From: an uncultured Acidobacteriota bacterium
Lineage (GTDB): Bacteria > Acidobacteriota > Thermoanaerobaculia > Multivoradales > UBA5704
Assembly (NCBI GenBank): GCA_963700145.1
Contig: OY969474.1
Location: 1,920,001-1,984,000, forward strand
Direction of reading: 5' to 3'
Length of the DNA: 64,000 nt
The notes under the pieces are model-generated. The model ran no database searches. It worked only from the letters and a program-made list of their open reading frames with translations, and was not told where the DNA came from. This document shows, one piece after another, positions 59,261 through 64,000 of this stretch; the first letter of the stretch is position 1, and each line of letters begins with the position of its first letter. The position numbers were made by a program, and so were the translations under genes.

Positions 59261-59374
59261 TTACCCCTGACGCTGCTTGTGTTTGGCGTTCTCGCAGATC
59301 ACCCGCACGACGCCCTTCCTGCGGACGATCTTGCACTTGGGACAGATCCGCCTCACCGATGAACGTACCTTCAT
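59261..59374 (-). CDS. rpmJ: 50S ribosomal protein L36
   Basis: Manual translation [37 protein letters not shown]. Confidence 0.97.
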   Translation of the reverse strand: MKVRSSVRRICPKCKIVRRKGVVRVICENAKHKQRQG

Positions 59375-59399
59375 GACGCTTCCCTTTCCGTGCTCTCCA

Positions 59400-59621
59400 C
59401 TACTTCAGCCGGTAGACGATGCGCCCCCGGTTCAGGTCGTAGGGGGACAGCTCCACCAGCACCCGGTCTCCCGGCAGGATGCGGATGAAGTGCTTGCGCA
59501 TCTTGCCGGAGATGTGCGCCAGCACCTGGTGCTTGTTCTCGAGCTCGACCCGGAACATCGCGTTCGGCAGCGGCTCGACGACCGTCGCCTCGACCTCGAT
59601 CGCCTCCTCTTTCTTCGGCAC
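59400..59621 (-). CDS. infA: Translation initiation factor IF-1
   Basis: GTG start: [28 protein letters not shown]...[15 protein letters not shown]. Confidence 0.97.
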   Translation of the reverse strand: MPKKEEAIEVEATVVEPLPNAMFRVELENKHQVLAHISGKMRKHFIRILPGDRVLVELSPYDLNRGRIVYRLK

Positions 59622-59680
59622 CTCCGCCGGCGCGGACCGCCGCGCCGCCGGCTTGCCGCGGGGCCGCCCGCCGCGCTGCC

Positions 59681-60478
59681 TCACGCCCGCGCCTCCGCGG
59701 CGGCCGGCTGCTCGGCCGTCGCGTAGTGGTACGCCGGGTCGGTGCCCAGCACCCGCGCCCCGGCGTCGGTGACCGCTACCGAGTACTCGAAGTGCGCCGA
59801 GAGCGACCCGTCCTCGGTGCGGGCGGTCCACCCGTCGGCGTCCATCACCACGCCGCTCGATCCGGCGTTGACCATCGGCTCGATGGCCAGCACCAGGCCC
59901 GGACGGAGCCGCGGCCCCTTGCCGGGCGGGCCGTAGTTAGGCACCTGCGGGTCCTCGTGCAGCGAGGTGCCGACGCCGTGCCCCGAGAACTCGCGCACCA
60001 CCGAGTAGCCGTGCTCCTCGGCGTGGCGCTGGACGGCGTGCCCGATGTCGGACAGCCGCCCCCCCGGCCGCACCTGCGCCACCGCCAGGTGGAGGGACTC
60101 CTCGGTCACCCGCAGCAGGCGCAGGGCGTCGTCGCCCACCCGCCCCACCGCGTAGCTGCGGGCGGCGTCGCCGTAATACCCCTTGTAGAGCACGCCACAG
60201 TCGATGCCGACGATGTCCCCCTCGGCCAGTTGGCGGTCGCCCGGGATGCCGTGCACGATCACCTCGTTGACCGAGATGCACAGCGTCGCCGGGTAGCCGC
60301 GGTAACGCAGGAAGGCGGGCACGCCACCGGCGTCGCGGATCATCCGCTCGGCCGTGCGGTCCAGCTCGCGGGAGGTGACGCCCGGGGCGATCCGGCGGCC
60401 CATCTCGTCGAGCACCCGGTGGACGATCCGGTTGGCCTCGTCCATCAGCTCGATCTCGCCCCGGGTCTTCAGGACCAT
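59681..60478 (-). CDS. map: Methionine aminopeptidase type I
   Basis: [35 protein letters not shown]. Confidence 0.96.
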   Translation of the reverse strand: MVLKTRGEIELMDEANRIVHRVLDEMGRRIAPGVTSRELDRTAERMIRDAGGVPAFLRYRGYPATLCISVNEVIVHGIPGDRQLAEGDIVGIDCGVLYKGYYGDAARSYAVGRVGDDALRLLRVTEESLHLAVAQVRPGGRLSDIGHAVQRHAEEHGYSVVREFSGHGVGTSLHEDPQVPNYGPPGKGPRLRPGLVLAIEPMVNAGSSGVVMDADGWTARTEDGSLSAHFEYSVAVTDAGARVLGTDPAYHYATAEQPAAAEARA

Positions 60479-61074
60479 CACCGGGGATCTCCGAGCGCCG
60501 CCAGGATGTTGGAGGTCACCTGCTCGATCGGATGGTGCCCGTCGACCTCGCACAGGAGACCCCTGCGCCGATAATAACCGACGAGCAGCGGCTTCGCTTC
60601 CCGGAAGACGTCGATCCGCGCCCGCGCCACCGACTCGCCGTCGTCGGCGCGCCCCCGGTCGGCGATCCGCTGCATCACCTCGTCCTCCGGCACCTGGATG
60701 AGCAGCGCCGCGTCGAGGGCCTCGCCGCGGCCGGCGAGGATCTCCTCGAGAGTCGCCGCCTGCCCCTCGGTCCGCGGGTAGCCGTCGAGGAGGAAGCCGC
60801 GCGCCGCGTCCGGCTGCGCCAGCCGCTCGCGCACCACCTCGGCCATCGTCGCGTCGTCCACCAGCGCGCCGTCGGCCAGGAACCCGGCGACCCGCCGCCC
60901 GAGGTCGCTGTCCGCCACCACGGCGGCGCGCAGCATCTCCCCGGTCGAGATCGCCGGCACGCCGAGCTCGGCGGCCAGGATCTGCGCCTGCGTGCCCTTC
61001 CCCGAGCCGGGGGGGCCGATCAGCACGAGCCGGCGCGGCCTTCCGCCGTTGCGCGAGGTGGTGATCTCAGCCAC
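60478..61074 (-). CDS. adk: Adenylate kinase (short-LID type)
   Basis: GPPGSGKGTQA, ISTGEMLR, LDGYPRT, RGRADD. Confidence 0.94.
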   Translation of the reverse strand: MAEITTSRNGGRPRRLVLIGPPGSGKGTQAQILAAELGVPAISTGEMLRAAVVADSDLGRRVAGFLADGALVDDATMAEVVRERLAQPDAARGFLLDGYPRTEGQAATLEEILAGRGEALDAALLIQVPEDEVMQRIADRGRADDGESVARARIDVFREAKPLLVGYYRRRGLLCEVDGHHPIEQVTSNILAALGDPR

Positions 61075-62449
61075 GGCGTCCCTTGATCCTGCTCCGACGC
61101 ATAAATCCTTCGTAGTTCCGCATGACCAACTGACTCTCGATCTGCTGGATCGTGTCCATCGCCACGCCGACCACGATGAGGAGCGAGGTGCCGCCGAAGT
61201 AGAAGTTGATCCCCAGCCCGCTGGTGAACCAGTCGGGCATGAAGGCGTCGAGCCGCGGGCCGATCCCGGGGATGCCGGCCACCTTGAAGCCGGTGAGCAG
61301 GAACTCCGGCAGGATGGACACCGCCGCCAGGTAGAGCGCGCCGACCAGGGTCAGCCGGGTGAGGATGCGGTCGATGTACTCCGCCGTCCGCTTCCCCGGC
61401 CGGATGCCCGGGATGAACCCGCCGTACTTCCGCATGTTCTCGGAGAGGTCGGCCGGGTTGAAGATGATCGAGACGTAGAAGTAGGAGAAGAAGAGGATCG
61501 CCACCGTGTAGAGCAGGTAGTAGATCGGCTGGCCCCAGGAGATGGCGTCGGCTACCCGGCGCACGTAGTCGTTCTCGATCATCCCCGCCACCGTCGCCGG
61601 CACCATGACCACCGAGCTGGCGAAGATGACCGGGATGACGCCGCCGGTGTTGACCCGCAGCGGCAGGTAGGTGCTCTGGCCGCCGTACACCCGGCGCCCG
61701 ACGACGCGCTTGGCGTACTGCACCGGGATCCTTCGTTGCGCTCGTTCCATGTAGACGATGAAGCCCACCACCGCCACCATGAAGACGATCAGGATCAGCA
61801 CCGAGATGATGTTGAGCGTGCCGTTGCGGATGGCGCCGTAGGTGTCGAAGATCGCCGGGATCAGCCCCACGACGATGCCGGCGAAGATGATCAGCGAGAT
61901 GCCGTTGCCGACGCCGCGCTCGCTGATCTGCTCGCCCAGCCACATGATGAAGGCGGTGCCGGTGGTGAGCGTGATGATGCTCATCAGCCGGAAGCCCCAG
62001 CCCGGATCGGGCACCAGCAGCGCCCCCGAGGGGGTCGTCTGCTTCTCGAGGAAGATGGCGATCGAGGTCGCCTGGATGATCGAGATGAGCACCGTGCCGT
62101 AGCGCGTCCACTGGGTGATCTTCCGCCGCCCCAGCTCGCCCTCCTTCGACAGTTTCTCGAGGTAGGGCCAGACCACGGTCAGGAGCTGGAGGATGATCGA
62201 GGCGGTGATGTAGGGCATGATGCCCAGGGCGAAGACCGCGACGCGCGACAGGCTGCCGCCGGTGAAGGTGTTGACGAAGCCCAGGAACGTCCCCTGCGCC
62301 GCCGCCATGAACTCGAGCAGCGCCTTGGCGTCGATGCCCGGCGTCGGGATGTGGCACCCGATCCGGTAGACCGCGAGCAGGCCGAAGGTGAACATCAGCC
62401 GCTTGCGCAGGTCCGGGATCGCGAAGACGTTGCGGAAGCTCTCGATCAC
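61067..62449 (-). CDS. secY: Preprotein translocase SecY
   Basis: [50 protein letters not shown]. Confidence 0.98.
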   Translation of the reverse strand: MIESFRNVFAIPDLRKRLMFTFGLLAVYRIGCHIPTPGIDAKALLEFMAAAQGTFLGFVNTFTGGSLSRVAVFALGIMPYITASIILQLLTVVWPYLEKLSKEGELGRRKITQWTRYGTVLISIIQATSIAIFLEKQTTPSGALLVPDPGWGFRLMSIITLTTGTAFIMWLGEQISERGVGNGISLIIFAGIVVGLIPAIFDTYGAIRNGTLNIISVLILIVFMVAVVGFIVYMERAQRRIPVQYAKRVVGRRVYGGQSTYLPLRVNTGGVIPVIFASSVVMVPATVAGMIENDYVRRVADAISWGQPIYYLLYTVAILFFSYFYVSIIFNPADLSENMRKYGGFIPGIRPGKRTAEYIDRILTRLTLVGALYLAAVSILPEFLLTGFKVAGIPGIGPRLDAFMPDWFTSGLGINFYFGGTSLLIVVGVAMDTIQQIESQLVMRNYEGFMRRSRIKGRRG

Positions 62450-62895
62450 GCCGCCAGCTCCTCGCAGCGGCCGCCCGCCTGCTCGATCTTGGCGCGGGCC
62501 GACTTGCTGAACTTGTGGGCGGTGACGGTGAGCGCCGCGCTCAGCTCGCCGTTGCCGAGGACCTTGACCGGCAGCCCCTTGCGCACCAGGCCGTGGCGGG
62601 CCAGGATCTCGGGGGTGACGTCACCCGGCTCGGACGCGGCCAGCGCGGCGAGCTGCGACACGTTGATCACCGCGTACTCGGTCTTGAAGATGTTGGTGAA
62701 GCCGCGCTTGGGGACGCGCCGGATCAACGGCATCTGCCCGCCCTCGAAGCCGGGGCGGGAGCGGTAGCCGGTACGCGACTTCTGCCCCTTGTGACCCTTG
62801 CCGGCGGTCTTGCCGAGCCCCGAGCCGGGGCCGCGGCCGACGCGGCGGCGGGAGTGCTTGCTCCCCTTGGCCGGGGAGATGTCGTGCAGGTTCAT
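62446..62895 (-). CDS. rplO: 50S ribosomal protein L15
   Basis: [35 protein letters not shown]. Confidence 0.97.
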   Translation of the reverse strand: MNLHDISPAKGSKHSRRRVGRGPGSGLGKTAGKGHKGQKSRTGYRSRPGFEGGQMPLIRRVPKRGFTNIFKTEYAVINVSQLAALAASEPGDVTPEILARHGLVRKGLPVKVLGNGELSAALTVTAHKFSKSARAKIEQAGGRCEELAA

Positions 62896-63099
62896 CTAGC
62901 CTTCCTCCTCGACTTCGAGCAGGTAGCCGACCTTGGCGATGGCGCCGCGCACCGCCGGGGTGTCCTGACGGACCACCTCGTGGCGGATGCGGCGCAGCCC
63001 GAGGCCGCGCAGCACCTCGCGGTGCCCGGCCTTGGTCGCGATGCCGCTCTTGACCTGGCGGATGCGCAGCAGTTTCGTGGCGCTCTTCTGCTCAGCCAT
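62896..63099 (-). CDS. rpmD: 50S ribosomal protein L30
   Basis: IRQVKSGI...LRGLGLRRI...DTPAVRG.I.KV.YL. Confidence 0.95.
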   Translation of the reverse strand: MAEQKSATKLLRIRQVKSGIATKAGHREVLRGLGLRRIRHEVVRQDTPAVRGAIAKVGYLLEVEEEG

Positions 63100-63616
63100 T
63101 GCCTGCTTCCTTGACTTCCCCGGCGGCCGGCTTGCCGTCCAGGCCGCGCATGCGCATCACGTCGGCCTCGTGGCGCAGGGCCAGCAGGGCGTCGAAGGTG
63201 GCCTTGACCACGTTGTGCGGGTTGGCTGAGCCGAGCGACTTGGTGAGGATGTCCTGGATGCCCGCCGTCTCGACGACCGCGCGCACCGGGCCGCCGGCGA
63301 TCACCCCCGTCCCCGGCGAGGCGGGCTTGATCAGCACCCGGCCGGCGCCGAAGATCCCCAGCGCCTCGTGCGGGATCGTGCTCCCCTTCATCGGCACCTG
63401 GATCATGTTCTTCTTGGCGATCTCGATCCCCTTGCGGATGGCGGTGGGGACCTCCTTCGCCTTGCCGGCGCCGTAGCCGACCCGGCCGTTGCCGTCGCCG
63501 ATCACCACCAACGCCGAGAAGGAGAAGTTCTTCCCCCCCTTGACCACCTTGGTCACGCGGTTGATGTGGACGACCTGCTCGAAGAACTCGCTCTCGCGCT
63601 CGAACTCTCTTGCCAC
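63092..63616 (-). CDS. rpsE: 30S ribosomal protein S5
   Basis: [32 protein letters not shown]. Confidence 0.98.
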   Translation of the reverse strand: MAREFERESEFFEQVVHINRVTKVVKGGKNFSFSALVVIGDGNGRVGYGAGKAKEVPTAIRKGIEIAKKNMIQVPMKGSTIPHEALGIFGAGRVLIKPASPGTGVIAGGPVRAVVETAGIQDILTKSLGSANPHNVVKATFDALLALRHEADVMRMRGLDGKPAAGEVKEAGNG

Positions 63617-63643
63617 GGTTTCTCCTTAGCCCTCTGAACGCTC

Positions 63644-64000
63644 TTAAAACTCGAGGCCCTTCGCGCGGGCCCCCTCGGCGACCGCCTGCACCCGGCCGTG
63701 GTAGACGTAGCCGCCGCGGTCGAAGACCACCCGCTCGACGCCCGCCGCCTTGGCCCGCTCGGCCACCAGCTCGCCCACCGCCTTGGCGGCGGCGCGGTCC
63801 TTGGCCGACTTGCCGACGGGCTCGGCCGCGGCGAGCCGCCCCTTGACCTCGGCCTCGGCCGAGCTGGCCTGGGCGAGGGTGGCGCCGCGGCTGTCGTCGA
63901 TCACCTGCGCGTAGATGAAGCGCAGGCTCTTGTAGACCGACAGGCGCGGCCGCGCCTCGGTGCCGCGGACGCGGCTGCGCACCCGTAGGTGCGCGCGATG
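63644..64000 (-). CDS. rplR: 50S ribosomal protein L18 (5' end outside window)
   Basis: RPRLSVYKS...YAQVIDD, VFDRGGY.YHGRV.A.A..AR..GL.F. Confidence 0.96.
   Translation of the reverse strand, partial: HRAHLRVRSRVRGTEARPRLSVYKSLRFIYAQVIDDSRGATLAQASSAEAEVKGRLAAAEPVGKSAKDRAAAKAVGELVAERAKAAGVERVVFDRGGYVYHGRVQAVAEGARAKGLEF

Overview
High-GC (roughly 70%, by eye) bacterial chromosome segment. The Acidobacterial-type VWA protein and overall gene set suggest Acidobacteriota, possibly Thermoanaerobaculia (inference). Most of it is housekeeping: fadD-fadJ, TonB receptor, dynamin-like GTPase, gatCA, CCA-adding enzyme, PilT-family ATPase, lexA-ogt, an M16 pair, Ser/Thr kinase, an EF-G paralogue, efp, and the distal spc/alpha ribosomal cluster (rplR to rplQ). 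Accessory DNA sits in two places. The first is the left end, an island downstream of tRNA-Pro(CGG) with a serine-recombinase relic, gene fragments and a large subtilase running off the window. The second is a 43.5-50.7 kb patch. It holds a stand-alone, lower-GC reverse transcriptase with a non-canonical HGDD active site and a long helical C-terminal domain, an IS256 element inserted at that RT's stop codon (9-bp TSD), a decayed antitoxin, a 13 x 21-bp palindrome array and two tandem stand-alone TIR proteins. The RT locus is the best candidate for an undescribed defence-type system. Other oddities: an 8-copy repeat/spacer array with near-21-bp phasing, a probable 6S RNA, REP-like palindromes with an orientation-linked G/C-skew halo, and two genes that appear to start at CTG. 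All calls come from reading motifs by eye; no database searches were run.
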